Source: Desulfovibrionaceae bacterium (lineage in GTDB: Bacteria; Desulfobacterota; Desulfovibrionia; Desulfovibrionales; Desulfovibrionaceae). Taken from it: a stretch of DNA of 64,000 bases. Both the position numbers and the translations under genes were made by a program. Location: positions 2,824 to 66,823 of the forward strand of contig JAVBNZ010000009.1 of the NCBI GenBank assembly GCA_031551145.1, given 5' to 3'. Below the pieces are notes generated by a model. The model was not told the origin of the DNA, made no database searches, and saw nothing but the letters and a program-made list of their open reading frames with translations. Positions 17,816 through 27,824 of this stretch are shown here, piece after piece (position 1 is the stretch's first letter; the number at the start of each line of letters is the position of its first letter).

Positions 17816-18760
17816 ATGACAAACGCAGAGCTTCACCCCACATTCAGCCGCCCGCCGGAGTATGAGGAAATACGCTTCCTCTCCGGGGATGCGCCCATGA
17901 CCCTTTCGATCTGGAAGGCGGGAAAGAGTGCGCCCTGTCTGGTTTTTTACCCCGGCACCATGGCCTCGCCGCTGCTCTATGTCGATCTGCTGCAACGCCT
18001 GCATGCACTGGGTTTCACCGTGCTCGGCATTCATCACCTCAGCCACGGCAAAAGCCCGAGACTCAAGAAAAATTTCACTTTCGCGGATCTGCTGCAAAAC
18101 GGCCTGGACGCGGTAAGTTACGCTCTGGAGCGCTTTGAGGGCCCGGTCGTGCTTACCGGACACAGCCAGGGCGGCGTGCTGAGTCTGGCCCAGGCCGGTC
18201 TGGACACGCGGCTTGCCGCCGTATTCCCACACTGTTTTCTGCTCCCCCAGCGCCCCGAAGCCATAGAGGTCACACGGCTGAAACACTTGGCCCACCGCCG
18301 CGAAACCTTTATGCGCCTGCTCGGCAAGGCGGCCGCGCTGCTGCCCCGCTTTCCGGTGGTTATTCCCATGTATCTCGATCTCAGGCGCATCTTCGCCGGC
18401 TGCGGCACGCAGGCGCCTCCCACGCGCTCGTGGCGGGCTTCTCTGCGGCACACCCGGCTGAGCTATCCGCTGTGTTATGTCTACAGCCTGTTCAGCGCGG
18501 ATCTCGGCTACCTGTGCGAAGAAGGCAACATAGTCTGTCCCGTTTTCGCTCTCGCGGCCGAGGACGACGCCCTGTTCACGCCCGCGCTGCTGCGCGGCAT
18601 GCTTGCGGACGTGCGGGCCGGACACAAGGAGCTGATCCTCCTTTCTTGCGGCGGGCACATGGCCCCCTTCAATCCGAACGCGGCGGCGGAAATCGCTTCC
18701 ATAATCAAGGAGCGTTGCGCCGGGCTCGGTCTGTTCGCGCACCCCGCTCCTTTTGCCTGA
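17816..18760 (+). CDS. alpha/beta-fold hydrolase
   Basis: ORF 17531-18760 trimmed to the first ATG after rplY. Nucleophile elbow GHSQGG. Start uncertain: no SD at 17816, and an internal ATG (MTLSIWKAG) is an alternative. Confidence 0.7.
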   Translation: MTNAELHPTFSRPPEYEEIRFLSGDAPMTLSIWKAGKSAPCLVFYPGTMASPLLYVDLLQRLHALGFTVLGIHHLSHGKSPRLKKNFTFADLLQNGLDAVSYALERFEGPVVLTGHSQGGVLSLAQAGLDTRLAAVFPHCFLLPQRPEAIEVTRLKHLAHRRETFMRLLGKAAALLPRFPVVIPMYLDLRRIFAGCGTQAPPTRSWRASLRHTRLSYPLCYVYSLFSADLGYLCEEGNIVCPVFALAAEDDALFTPALLRGMLADVRAGHKELILLSCGGHMAPFNPNAAAEIASIIKERCAGLGLFAHPAPFA

Positions 18761-18772
18761 AACGAGTTGCGC

Positions 18773-19387
18773 ATGGAATATGCCGGATGCATAGTCGGAC
18801 TCGGCAATCCAGGTGCGGAATACCGGGGCACGCGCCACAATCTTGGTTTTGCCGTGGTTGACGCCCTGTATGAAATCTGCGCCCGCGACGGCGGAGCGGA
18901 GGAACTTTCCGGCGCAAAATTCCGTTGCGACCTGCGGCGCATCCGGCGACCGGACGGCACGCGTCGGCTTCTCGCCAAGCCGTTGACATACATGAATCTT
19001 TCCGGAGAAACCGTGGTCCCGCTGCTGCACTGGCACCGCATTCCCTCGGAACGCCTGCTGGTGGTGCATGATGAACTGGATTTTCAGACCGGTCTTGTAC
19101 GCCTGAAATTCGGCGGCGGCAGTGCCGGGCATAACGGCATCAAATCGATCGCGCAGCAGCTCGGCACGCCGGATTTTTACCGTCTGCGTCTGGGCATAGG
19201 CAAACCCGCCGGCAGTGACCCCAGCCGCCGCGTGCTGGCCCGGCCCGGCCCCGACGAAATTCCCTTGTTGGACGAAGCGGTGCGCACGGCCTGTGAACAC
19301 ATCCTGATTTTCATGGACCGGGGGCCTGAAGCGGCCATGAACGCCCTCCACGCCTCCGGCCGCACAAAAAAAAGCATAAATATCTGA
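18773..19387 (+). CDS. pth: peptidyl-tRNA hydrolase
   Basis: VGLGNPGAEYRGTRHNLGF, HDELDF, GGSAGHNGIKS. Confidence 0.93.
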   Translation: MEYAGCIVGLGNPGAEYRGTRHNLGFAVVDALYEICARDGGAEELSGAKFRCDLRRIRRPDGTRRLLAKPLTYMNLSGETVVPLLHWHRIPSERLLVVHDELDFQTGLVRLKFGGGSAGHNGIKSIAQQLGTPDFYRLRLGIGKPAGSDPSRRVLARPGPDEIPLLDEAVRTACEHILIFMDRGPEAAMNALHASGRTKKSINI

Positions 19388-19583
19388 GAATCTTCCTCTT
19401 TTTTTGACTGGACGCATTGTCTCTGATGCGCTACCGTACCACAATTGCTGTTATAGAATATTTTGCGTTCGAGATGCCGAGCCGCGGCAGTATGGAACCC
19501 GCCGGCAGACATCTTGCACGGCGTATCGCAACTCTTTCAAAAAACATGCTCTGTGCCGGCTTCGCGCCGGCCGGTCGCCATGG

Positions 19584-19617
19584 GCCGGCAAAAATCAGTT
19601 TTTTGCCGGCGGTTTTC
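19584..19617. terminator. hairpin GCCGGCAAAAA-TCAGT-TTTTTGCCGGC with a downstream T-run (possible pth-side terminator)
   Basis: Perfect 11-bp stem read directly. The A-run/T-run arms make it symmetric, and GGTTTT follows on the + strand. Confidence 0.4.
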
Positions 19618-19695
19618 CCTAAACGCCGGGCCGAGCGCCCGTGGGATGTATTATTGCACAATATCCATACCGGAAATATGCCGGCGGCTGCCCAC

Positions 19696-20217
19696 ATGAA
19701 GGAGTTCGGCGTGTTCAGCATCGGGGATCTCGTGGTCTACCCCGCACAGGGCGTGGGAAAAATCGAGAGCATCGAGCAGAAAGTCATCCGCGACATCGCG
19801 TGCGCTTTCTATATCGTGCGTATCCTGAGCAACAACATCACGCTCATGGTGCCCGTTGCCAACGCGCGCAATGTGGGGTTGCGCGCGCTCACCCCTCCGG
19901 CGGAGGCCGGGGCCATTCTCTCCGGCTTTACCGATCACAGCGCCTTTTCGGGCTATACCGGCCAGAACTGGAACCGCCGCTACCGGGAATATACGGAACG
20001 GCTGAAAAAGAACGAACTGACCGACGTGGCGAACGTACTGCACGAATTGCTGTTGATCGGCAGGAACAAGGAACTGTCCTTCGGGGAACGCCGCCTGCTC
20101 GAGCAGGCCATGTCCCTTGTCGGCGGCGAGCTTGCCGTGGTGTTGAAAACGCCGGAACAGGAAATTCGCAGCCGCATTCAGAAAATTTTCGCTCCGCCGC
20201 CGGCGGAAGAAGCTTGA
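19696..20217 (+). CDS. carD: CarD/CdnL-family transcriptional regulator
   Basis: ORF 19417-20217 trimmed to ATG 19696: MKEFGVFSIGDLVVYPAQGVGKIESIEQKVI... is the typical CarD N-terminal RNAP-interaction domain. Confidence 0.88.
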   Translation: MKEFGVFSIGDLVVYPAQGVGKIESIEQKVIRDIACAFYIVRILSNNITLMVPVANARNVGLRALTPPAEAGAILSGFTDHSAFSGYTGQNWNRRYREYTERLKKNELTDVANVLHELLLIGRNKELSFGERRLLEQAMSLVGGELAVVLKTPEQEIRSRIQKIFAPPPAEEA

Positions 20218-20478
20218 TCTCCTCATTTTTTTCTTGCGGGATCGCACCGCATGCACTATGGTGGGCAAACCGCTTCAGTTATCGACTGCAAATCCCGTAT
20301 AGCTTGCCCGCATCCCCAACCGCCCGCCCCCCGGACGGCGGATTCTGATGCGCAACAACCGCAGGACATGACTTTATTCTGATACCCTGCAATGCATGCC
20401 TCCCGGCAGGAATGCTCCGCGTTCTCCGCTCCGTCGGAGTTCTGCCTCTTTCCCACCAACACCAGCACTTGGATTCGT

Positions 20479-21771
20479 ATGAGGAAGAAGAAGACCCTCC
20501 CCGCGCTTGTCGAAAGCGCCATGAGCCTTACCGAGTTGAAAACAAAAAGCATGGCCGATCTTATGGAATTGGCCGAACAGTTCAATGTGGAGAACGCCAG
20601 TTCCATGCGCAAGCAGGAGTTGATCTTCGCTCTGCTGCAGAACTGCGCCTCGCAGAACGGCGCCATCTTCGGTGACGGAGTTCTGGAAATCCTGCCCGAC
20701 GGTTTCGGCTTTCTGCGTTCCCCTCTATGCAGCTATATGCCCGGCCCCGACGATATCTACGTTTCGCCCTCGCAGATCAGGCGCTTCGCCCTGCGCAAGG
20801 GCGACGTCGTTTCCGGTCAGATACGCCCCCCAAAGGAAGGCGAACGCTATTTTGCCCTGCTCAAGGTGACCGACATAGGTTTTGAGCCGCCGGAAAACGC
20901 GAAGAACCTCGTGCTGTTCGACAACCTCACGCCCATCTATCCCGATCGCCAGTTGATCATGGAGACGGGTGAAAAAAATCTCTCCAGCCGCGTCATCGAC
21001 CTTATGGCCCCCATAGGCTGCGGACAACGCGGTCTTATAGTGGCCCCGCCGCGCACGGGCAAAACCATTCTGCTCCAGACCATCGCCAACTCCATCAACG
21101 CCAACAATCCCGAAGTCTACCTCATCGTGCTTCTCATCGACGAGCGGCCCGAGGAAGTCACGGACATGGAGCGTACGGTGAAAAACGCGGAAGTCATCAG
21201 CTCCACGTTTGACGAACCGCCCCAGCGCCACGTGCAGGTCTGCGAAATGGTGCTAGAAAAAGCCAAACGCCTGGTGGAGCGGAAGCGCGACGTGGTTATT
21301 CTGCTCGACTCCATCACCCGCCTCGGCCGGGCCTACAACGCGGTTACGCCCTCTTCCGGCCGCGTGCTTTCCGGCGGTCTGGACGCCAACGCCCTGCAAC
21401 GGCCCAAGCGCTTTTTCGGCGCTGCACGCAATATCGAGGAGGGAGGCAGCCTGACCATTATTGCCACCGCCCTTATCGATACCGGCTCGCGCATGGACGA
21501 AGTGATCTTTGAAGAATTCAAGGGCACCGGCAACATGGAAATCTATCTGGATCGCCATCTGTCGGAAAAACGCGTCTTCCCCGCCATAGACATCAACCGC
21601 ACGGGCACGCGAAAAGAAGACCTGCTCCTGCCGGAAGACGTGCTGAACCGTGTCTGGATCCTGCGCAAAATCCTCGCGCCCATGACTTCCATCGACAGCA
21701 TGGAGTTTCTGCTGGATAAAATGCGTCCCACCAAGAGCAACAAAGACTTCATGAACGCCATGGGAAAATAG
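20479..21771 (+). CDS. rho: transcription termination factor Rho
   Basis: Rho N-terminal domain ([25 protein letters not shown]), RNA-binding domain (GFGFLR), Walker [16 protein letters not shown]. Start at ATG 20479 or 20521. Confidence 0.95.
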   Translation: MRKKKTLPALVESAMSLTELKTKSMADLMELAEQFNVENASSMRKQELIFALLQNCASQNGAIFGDGVLEILPDGFGFLRSPLCSYMPGPDDIYVSPSQIRRFALRKGDVVSGQIRPPKEGERYFALLKVTDIGFEPPENAKNLVLFDNLTPIYPDRQLIMETGEKNLSSRVIDLMAPIGCGQRGLIVAPPRTGKTILLQTIANSINANNPEVYLIVLLIDERPEEVTDMERTVKNAEVISSTFDEPPQRHVQVCEMVLEKAKRLVERKRDVVILLDSITRLGRAYNAVTPSSGRVLSGGLDANALQRPKRFFGAARNIEEGGSLTIIATALIDTGSRMDEVIFEEFKGTGNMEIYLDRHLSEKRVFPAIDINRTGTRKEDLLLPEDVLNRVWILRKILAPMTSIDSMEFLLDKMRPTKSNKDFMNAMGK

Positions 21772-21911
21772 GACATTCGTTTTTTTGCATCCGCCCGCGC
21801 GTCGGCGGCGCCATAAAAACGTGTTTTTGATATATTTCGCCCTATTAGTCGTAAATATGGAGCTTGCCGGCTTGACTCGAAGCCAATCTTGTGAGATTTT
21901 ATAAAGAGTAC

Positions 21912-21998
21912 GCCGGGATGGTGGAACTGGTAGACGCAGCGGACTCAAAATCCGCCGCCCGCGAGGGCTTGCGAGTTCGATTCTCGCTCCCGGCACCA
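21912..21998 (+). tRNA. tRNA-Leu (anticodon CAA), long variable arm
   Basis: Acceptor GCCGGGA/TCCCGGC, anticodon stem GCGGA/TCCGC with loop CTCAAAA, variable arm, T-arm GCGAG-TTCGATT-CTCGC, encoded CCA. Confidence 0.92.
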
Positions 21999-22007
21999 AA
22001 AAGATCC

Positions 22008-22045
22008 AAGGGGCTCTGCCGTCGGCACGGCGGCAGTCGCCCCTT
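22008..22045 (+). terminator. GC-rich hairpin downstream of tRNA-Leu (possible terminator or processing stem)
   Basis: AAGGGGC.CTGCCG-TCGGCA-CGGCAG.CGCCCCTT imperfect long stem. There is no clear U-tract, so the function is uncertain. Confidence 0.3.
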
Positions 22046-22068
22046 GTTACCATCGGCGCGCGGCACCC

Positions 22069-24819
22069 ATGAGCATCCGGTTAATGGATTTCCTTGATCT
22101 TGAGTATCTTCAGGATATTCAAGATGCTTTTGCAAAAACCTTCTCGCTGTCCGCAGTTGTCACCCTTCCGGACGGCGTTCTGCTCACCCGAATCAGCGGG
22201 GAGAACCCCGTTTGTTCCGCTGTGCGGAAAGTTTCGCCCGCGTGTGCCTGCTTTGCCGAAAAACTGAGCATGGAGGTGGCGCGGGACATTGCGCCGCACC
22301 ATGCCTATTGCGACGTGTGCGGCTTTCTCAACGGCATGTCACCCATCATCGTGAACGGACGCCATCTTGCCAACTGGGTGATTTTCCATCCCACGCAGGG
22401 AGGCGAGGACCTGGAAAGCAAGGTGCGCGGGGTCGCTCTGGAACACAACCTGGGCCCGGACGCCATGGTGCAGGAACTGGCCAAGATGTCCAGAGTGCCC
22501 GAACAGCGCTTTTTCGCGGCCATGTCCCATTCGGAAAGCACTGTGCGCAGCCTCTCCAACCTGGCGTACAACAACATGCTGTTGCAGGAGGAAACCGCCA
22601 ACAGCAGGCGTCACGCCCAGTTGCTCCGAAAAACCGCCAAGCACCAGCAACTGCTCAACACCATCATGCACCTGCTGCTGCAAAGCCAGAATCTAAACCG
22701 TGCGCTCGGCCGTTCCCTGTCGATTATTGGTGAAACCCTGGAACTCAACGGCGTCTATATTTTTAAAAACACGCCGGATGCACGTTTCGCCTATATCACG
22801 CACGACTGGCAAAACGGTGGACTGCCGGCCGGGTTTCCCCCCAATATATTGTCATATCAAAATGTTCCCGTGCTGCGGCGTGTGGCTAACGAACAATGCG
22901 AGGAAGAGTCCGTTGAATTTTCCCCGGATGAACGCCTGCAGTTCCAGGCATTCTGGGGCAATGTCACGGTTTTCAGGCAGGCCGTGCAGGTGGATGACCA
23001 CAACGACGGCTTCATCGCCTTTGTCGACGTCGATCCCGAACGCGTCTGGACGCAGTTGGAATGCACCACCCTGGCCAATCTCTCAAAAATACTCACCCAT
23101 GTGCTGCTCCGGATACAGGTTGAAACAAAGGTCATTGATTCCATGCGGCTGCTGGAAACGGTGCTCGACAACCTTAATGCCTGGATTTACGCCATTGACA
23201 GCGAAAACATGGAGCTGTTGTTCATCAATTCGCGCGTACGCCGGGATTTCGGCAGTGACATTATTGGAAAACACTGTTGGGAAGTCATAAAAAAAGCGGA
23301 CGCTCCCTGCCCCGGCTGCCCCTGCCTGAAAAGCAAGGCCGAGGCCGATGCGGAAGGCGCGACCTATTCCTTCGAGTTTTACAGTGAAGCCCTGGGCTGC
23401 TGGATGCTGAAAAACGGCGCTCCCATGCGCTGGTCGGACGGACGCCTTGCCTATCTGGAAAGCGACGTCGACATCACCGAAACCAAGCAGAACGAGCAGC
23501 TCATCGAATACATGGCCTGGCACGACATGCTGCTGGAACTGCCCAACCGCGACAAGTGCCAGCACGACCTTCACGCCTGCATGGAAGAGTACAGCTGGGG
23601 CAGCCTGCTTTTTCTGGATCTGGACGATTTCAAGGTTATCAACGACGCGTTCGGACATTCCTACGGCGATCAGGTGCTCAAGGCCATTGCCAGCTATTTC
23701 CGCGCTTCTCCTGAATTTTCCGGCAAAACCTACCGTTTCGGCGGAGACGAATTCGTCATTCTGCTGCCCGGCATACCCGATCAACAGGTCGATGCCCTGG
23801 CGGAAAAATTGCGTGCCCGTTTCTGCATTCCTTGGCTGCTGGACGATCACGTCTCTTTCTGCACGGCCAGTATGGGCGTGGCCCGCTTCCCCAAGGACGG
23901 CGACACCGTCAAGGAACTGATGCGCAATATCGATATCGCCCTTTACAAGGCCAAGAGCCAGGGCCGCAACTGCATTGCGCACTTTTCGAACATACAGAAC
24001 GAATCCATCGTCGTGCGCCTGGAAACGGAACAGCGTCTGCGCCTTTCCGTACTGCACGGCTGCCAGGACTTCAAAATTTTTTATCAGCCCATCATCGACA
24101 TAGCCTGCGGCAAGTGGGTGGGCGCGGAGGCCCTGGTGCGCTGGGACGACACGGGCCTCGGCCTTGTTTCGCCGAACCATTTTATTTCCCTTGCGGAATA
24201 TCTCGGTCTCATCGTGCCCATAGGGGAGCATGTGCTGCGCACCGCCTGCGCGCAATGCAAACGGTGGCAGGACATGGGCGTTCCCGATTTCTACGTCAAC
24301 GTCAATCTCTCCATCCGCCAGCTCTACATTCCCAATTTCATTTCCCTCATTGAAGACATTTTGCAGGAAAGCGAACTGCCCCCCCATTGCCTGACTCTGG
24401 AGATCACCGAAACTCTCGCCATGCAGGATATGGCCAATGTCTTCAAAAAACTGACGGATCTGCGCGCCATGGGCATCAAGGTGGCGATGGACGATTTCGG
24501 TACGGGCTATTCCTCGCTGGGCACACTGCGCCGCATTCCGCTTGATATTTTGAAAATCGACCGCAGTTTTATTCAAGACATCACGTCTGTCAAATATAAC
24601 CGTGCGTTTTTATACACAATAGTTGAACTTGCCCAAAGCCTGGATCTTTCCGTATGCTCTGAAGGAATTGAAACTCAGGAACAGCTTCGGATCATCTCGA
24701 ATTTCGGCTGCCATACCGCACAGGGTTTTCTTTTCAGCCCGCCCGTGCCGACCGGGGAGCTGAGCGCCAAGCTGCGCGAATTGTACAATCTTCCCCTGCC
24801 CGCCCAGGCAGATACGTGA
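22069..24819 (+). CDS. PocR-GAF-PAS-GGDEF-EAL signalling protein (c-di-GMP cyclase/phosphodiesterase)
   Basis: PocR-like N-terminus (LEYLQDIQDAFAKTFSLSAVVTLPDGVLLT), GGDEF motif YRFGGDEFVILL, EAL domain EALVRW...DDFGTGYSS...KIDRSF; 916 aa. Confidence 0.9.
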   Translation: MSIRLMDFLDLEYLQDIQDAFAKTFSLSAVVTLPDGVLLTRISGENPVCSAVRKVSPACACFAEKLSMEVARDIAPHHAYCDVCGFLNGMSPIIVNGRHLANWVIFHPTQGGEDLESKVRGVALEHNLGPDAMVQELAKMSRVPEQRFFAAMSHSESTVRSLSNLAYNNMLLQEETANSRRHAQLLRKTAKHQQLLNTIMHLLLQSQNLNRALGRSLSIIGETLELNGVYIFKNTPDARFAYITHDWQNGGLPAGFPPNILSYQNVPVLRRVANEQCEEESVEFSPDERLQFQAFWGNVTVFRQAVQVDDHNDGFIAFVDVDPERVWTQLECTTLANLSKILTHVLLRIQVETKVIDSMRLLETVLDNLNAWIYAIDSENMELLFINSRVRRDFGSDIIGKHCWEVIKKADAPCPGCPCLKSKAEADAEGATYSFEFYSEALGCWMLKNGAPMRWSDGRLAYLESDVDITETKQNEQLIEYMAWHDMLLELPNRDKCQHDLHACMEEYSWGSLLFLDLDDFKVINDAFGHSYGDQVLKAIASYFRASPEFSGKTYRFGGDEFVILLPGIPDQQVDALAEKLRARFCIPWLLDDHVSFCTASMGVARFPKDGDTVKELMRNIDIALYKAKSQGRNCIAHFSNIQNESIVVRLETEQRLRLSVLHGCQDFKIFYQPIIDIACGKWVGAEALVRWDDTGLGLVSPNHFISLAEYLGLIVPIGEHVLRTACAQCKRWQDMGVPDFYVNVNLSIRQLYIPNFISLIEDILQESELPPHCLTLEITETLAMQDMANVFKKLTDLRAMGIKVAMDDFGTGYSSLGTLRRIPLDILKIDRSFIQDITSVKYNRAFLYTIVELAQSLDLSVCSEGIETQEQLRIISNFGCHTAQGFLFSPPVPTGELSAKLRELYNLPLPAQADT

Positions 24820-24840
24820 CGCCGAACAGATATATATTAC

Positions 24841-24916
24841 GGGTGGTTAGCTCAGTTGGTGGAGCATCGGCCTTACAAGCCGGGGGCCGTGGGTTCAAGT
24901 CCCTCACCACCCACCA
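24841..24916 (+). tRNA. tRNA-Val (anticodon TAC)
   Basis: Acceptor GGGTGGT/ACCACCC, D-arm GCTC-AGTTGGTG-GAGC, anticodon loop CTTACAA, T-loop TTCAAGT (one U-U mismatch in the T-stem), encoded CCA. Confidence 0.9.
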
Positions 24917-24964
24917 AAAAAAACAGCAGCTTATCTCATAATCCGGGATAAGCTGCTTTTATTT
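24917..24964. terminator. bidirectional intrinsic terminator between tRNA-Val and the convergent 5'-nucleotidase gene
   Basis: A-run, then AGCAGCTTATC-loop-GATAAGCTGCT (11-bp perfect stem), then TTTTATTT. Confidence 0.65.
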
Positions 24965-25018
24965 GTGCTGCCCGTTGCTCTCCCGACACGCCGCCGGCAA
25001 AATGTTCTCCACATCGCA

Positions 25019-26545
25019 TCAACGTATGACAATGCGCCCTGCCGGCATTCCGCAGCCGGCCGCGCTCTTTTCGCGCATCCGTTCCGTGAAGGCCTCGTGC
25101 AGCGGCCCGAAAGCCCTGGCTTCCGCCGCACCGGCGAAAACCGGGTAGCCGTCTCCGCCGTGGAGCGTGAAATCCGTCAGGGCGAGTGTATACAGGCCGT
25201 CGTCCTCAAGGGGTTCGCCGTTTTCAAGGCGCGCGCGCACCACGCGTCTGCCTGGCGGGTTGTCCGCCTTCACTTCCACCTTCATGCCGGAAAGCTGCGG
25301 AAAGCCGCCGGACGTGCCCGGCAGCCCGGCAAAACCCCGTTCCAGCGCAGCGCGTATTTCTCTGCCGTTCGCCCGCAGAGTCATGATATTATTGTTGTAA
25401 GGGAGCACGGCCAACACATTGCCGAGCGTGACCGGCCCCCGCCTGACTCCTTCGCGTATGCCGCCCGCGTTCATGATAGCGATGTCCGCGCCGCCGGCCG
25501 CGCGCAGGGCATCGGCAACCAGATCGCCGAGCGCGGTTTCGCGCGTCCGCAATACATCGCCCGCGCCGGGCAAATCCACGGAGCACTCGGCAACGACTTG
25601 ACCGAAGCGCTTTTGCAGATCCTTTTCCAATGCGGCGAGCCGGCCGGCCACAACCGGATCGGGCGGCAAAGAAGCGAAATCGGCCTTGGAAAGCAAACGG
25701 TTGTTCCGGCGCGTCACGGCCTTTTTTTCCGTATCATAAACGAGAGTGAGCATGCCCACGTGCTCGCCGTACTTCCCGCTGCTCACCAGTGCCGCCCGGC
25801 CGGGCGAAAGATCCTCCACCACCAGGTGGCTGTGCCCGTCGAGCACCGCGTCAATGCCGGGCAGAGCGGCGATCTCGGAACTGCGGCATGAAACCGAGGG
25901 GTCACTCCCCAAGTGGGTGAGCGCCACGACGATCCCGCAGCCCTCGGCCCTGAATTGCCGCGTCATATCTCCGGCGACTTCGACCGGGTCAAGGAAGTCG
26001 AGTCCCTCGACGGCGCGCGGGTCGGTTCCTGTTTTCGTGTCCGGCGTGCTCAGACCGAAAAGGCAGATCTTGCCTCCGGACGTCTTGACTATGAGCGACG
26101 GCGCGGCAAGAAACGCGCCGTCCTTTTTCCGCACGTTGGCGGACAGGATGAGCATGGGGCCGGGCGCCGCCGAAGCCTCGCCCATTCTCTTTTCGAGCAC
26201 TGCCGTACCGTAGGTGAACTCGTGGTTGCCGAGCGCGGCGGCCTGATAGCCGCTCTGCTTCATGAGCGCCGTGACGTCCTTGCCCTGGGTGACGACCGCC
26301 GCGGGCAGGCCGTCCAGAAAATCCCCGGAATCCACGAGCAGGGCTTCGGGATGTTTCTTTTTCAGAGCCGCGACCAGGTCCAGGCCTATAACCTCTCTTT
26401 GGGAGATAATCCGGCCGTGGGTGTCGGTGGTGTAGAGCAGAGTGACGTCACTCTCTCTGCCGGCGCAGCCGCCGAGCAGGAGAAACACGAACAAGACAAA
26501 AGCCGTACTGTGGCAACGACAACGAAGCATGCCGCTTTTGCGCAT
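25019..26545 (-). CDS. bifunctional metallophosphatase / 5'-nucleotidase (UshA-like) lipoprotein
   Basis: Lipoprotein signal FLLLGGC, calcineurin-like motifs TTDTHGR, DSGDF, GNHEF, plus a C-terminal 5'-nucleotidase domain. Confidence 0.85.
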   Translation of the reverse strand: MRKSGMLRCRCHSTAFVLFVFLLLGGCAGRESDVTLLYTTDTHGRIISQREVIGLDLVAALKKKHPEALLVDSGDFLDGLPAAVVTQGKDVTALMKQSGYQAAALGNHEFTYGTAVLEKRMGEASAAPGPMLILSANVRKKDGAFLAAPSLIVKTSGGKICLFGLSTPDTKTGTDPRAVEGLDFLDPVEVAGDMTRQFRAEGCGIVVALTHLGSDPSVSCRSSEIAALPGIDAVLDGHSHLVVEDLSPGRAALVSSGKYGEHVGMLTLVYDTEKKAVTRRNNRLLSKADFASLPPDPVVAGRLAALEKDLQKRFGQVVAECSVDLPGAGDVLRTRETALGDLVADALRAAGGADIAIMNAGGIREGVRRGPVTLGNVLAVLPYNNNIMTLRANGREIRAALERGFAGLPGTSGGFPQLSGMKVEVKADNPPGRRVVRARLENGEPLEDDGLYTLALTDFTLHGGDGYPVFAGAAEARAFGPLHEAFTERMREKSAAGCGMPAGRIVIR

Positions 26546-26632
26546 AAAGGGGGCTCCTCAAATCACCGCCTCAGGCGGCGATGGGGATTACCGGCGTTTT
26601 TGGCGGCCGCTTTTTCCAATCCGCCCCGCCTC

Positions 26633-27811
26633 TTAGCTCAGCGCGGCCGCGCCCGTCGGGCAGGCACAGGCGCAGAGACCGCAGCCGTCGCACAGTTCCG
26701 GGTTGACAACAGCGTCCTTTCCCGTGCGTTCTATCGCGCTGTACCCGGATTCCGCGCACAGTTCCAAACACTTGCCGCAGGACGCGCAGTGTTCGGGATC
26801 AATGCGCGCCGTTTTGCGCGGGCCGCCGGCCACGTCGCCGTGCGCGGTCATCTTGCCGAGCGCCGCGTCGCGCAGATCCGCGAGACAGCGCCCTGTTGCC
26901 GTCAGATAGTCCGTCAAACCGTCCAACATGGCCCGGATCACGCCGTAGCCGTTGAGCATGACCTCCGTGCAAACCTGCACGGCGCTGCCGCCCATGGCCA
27001 GATATTCCGCCGCGTCCTTCCAGGAGGATATGCCGCCCATGGCCAGCACGGGCAAACCCGTGGCCGCCCTGATCTGCGCCACGCAACGCAGGCCTATGGG
27101 CTTGACCGCTCTGCCGGAATAGCCGCCGAAAGCGCTGCGGCCGCCCACCGAGGGCAGGGGGGAAAGAGTGTCCAGATCCACTCCCACCAGACACTGCACG
27201 GTGTTGATGGCCGAAAGGCCGTCCGCTCCGGCCCGCTTGACCGCCGAGGCCACAGCCGCGATGTCCGTTACATTCGGGGAGAGTTTGACGAAAACCGGAA
27301 CCCGCGCCGTCTCTTTGACCCATCCCGTAATCGTCGCCGCAAGTTCGGGGTCCGTGCCTATGGCCATGCCCAGGCCTTTCTCGGGCATGCCGTGCGGGCA
27401 GGAAAAATTGAGTTCAAAAGCGTCGATCGGCTCGGCCTGAAGATAGTCCGCCAGTTCCTGCCAGGCGTCGCACTCCGTCGGGGCCATGATGCTGGCGATA
27501 ACGGCTTTGCGCGGAAACTCCCGTTTCAGTTCCGCAATGCCTTGTTTCCAATAGCTTCGCGGCTTTCTGCTCAAAAGTTCGATGTTCTCAAACCCGATGA
27601 TCTTTCTCTTGTCATCGCGCAGCACGGCAAAACGCGGAGAGGCGTCGCGCAGGCTCTCCCCCGTCGGGCTGATGGTCTTGAGCACGGCCCCCGCCCAGCC
27701 CAGGCCGAAGGCCTTGCGTATGCTCCCGATATCGGCCGTGGGCGGCGCCGAGGCCAGCAAAAAAGGATTCTCAAAAGTGATTCCGGCAACCTGCGTTTCC
27801 AGTGTTTTCAC
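26633..27811 (-). CDS. dihydroorotate/dihydropyrimidine dehydrogenase-family flavoprotein with C-terminal 2x[4Fe-4S] ferredoxin domain (PreA-like)
   Basis: ORF 26633-28060 trimmed to GTG 27811, which is preceded by AAGGAG. Class-1 DHOD fold (VAGITFENPF, GGISS). C-terminal CASCGKCLELC ... CDGCGLCACACP. Confidence 0.8.
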   Translation of the reverse strand: MKTLETQVAGITFENPFLLASAPPTADIGSIRKAFGLGWAGAVLKTISPTGESLRDASPRFAVLRDDKRKIIGFENIELLSRKPRSYWKQGIAELKREFPRKAVIASIMAPTECDAWQELADYLQAEPIDAFELNFSCPHGMPEKGLGMAIGTDPELAATITGWVKETARVPVFVKLSPNVTDIAAVASAVKRAGADGLSAINTVQCLVGVDLDTLSPLPSVGGRSAFGGYSGRAVKPIGLRCVAQIRAATGLPVLAMGGISSWKDAAEYLAMGGSAVQVCTEVMLNGYGVIRAMLDGLTDYLTATGRCLADLRDAALGKMTAHGDVAGGPRKTARIDPEHCASCGKCLELCAESGYSAIERTGKDAVVNPELCDGCGLCACACPTGAAALS

Positions 27812-27824
27812 CCGTTTCTCCTTA

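Noticed and set aside
19525-19565. A possible internally deleted repeat remnant (GCAACTCTTTC...AAAAAACATGCTCT) upstream of carD.
   Set aside because: The two short matches (11 nt and about 8 nt) could be chance, and no stems can be formed.
21870-21911. A TTGACT ... TATAAA promoter for tRNA-Leu.
   Set aside because: TATAAA is well placed (7 nt before the tRNA 5' end), but the TTGACT box lies 22 nt upstream. That spacing is non-canonical, so I did not call a promoter.
22008-22068. The hairpin upstream of the GGDEF-EAL gene, considered as a c-di-GMP or other riboswitch.
   Set aside because: It is a single imperfect GC stem with no multi-helix aptamer architecture or conserved riboswitch motifs that I can recognise.
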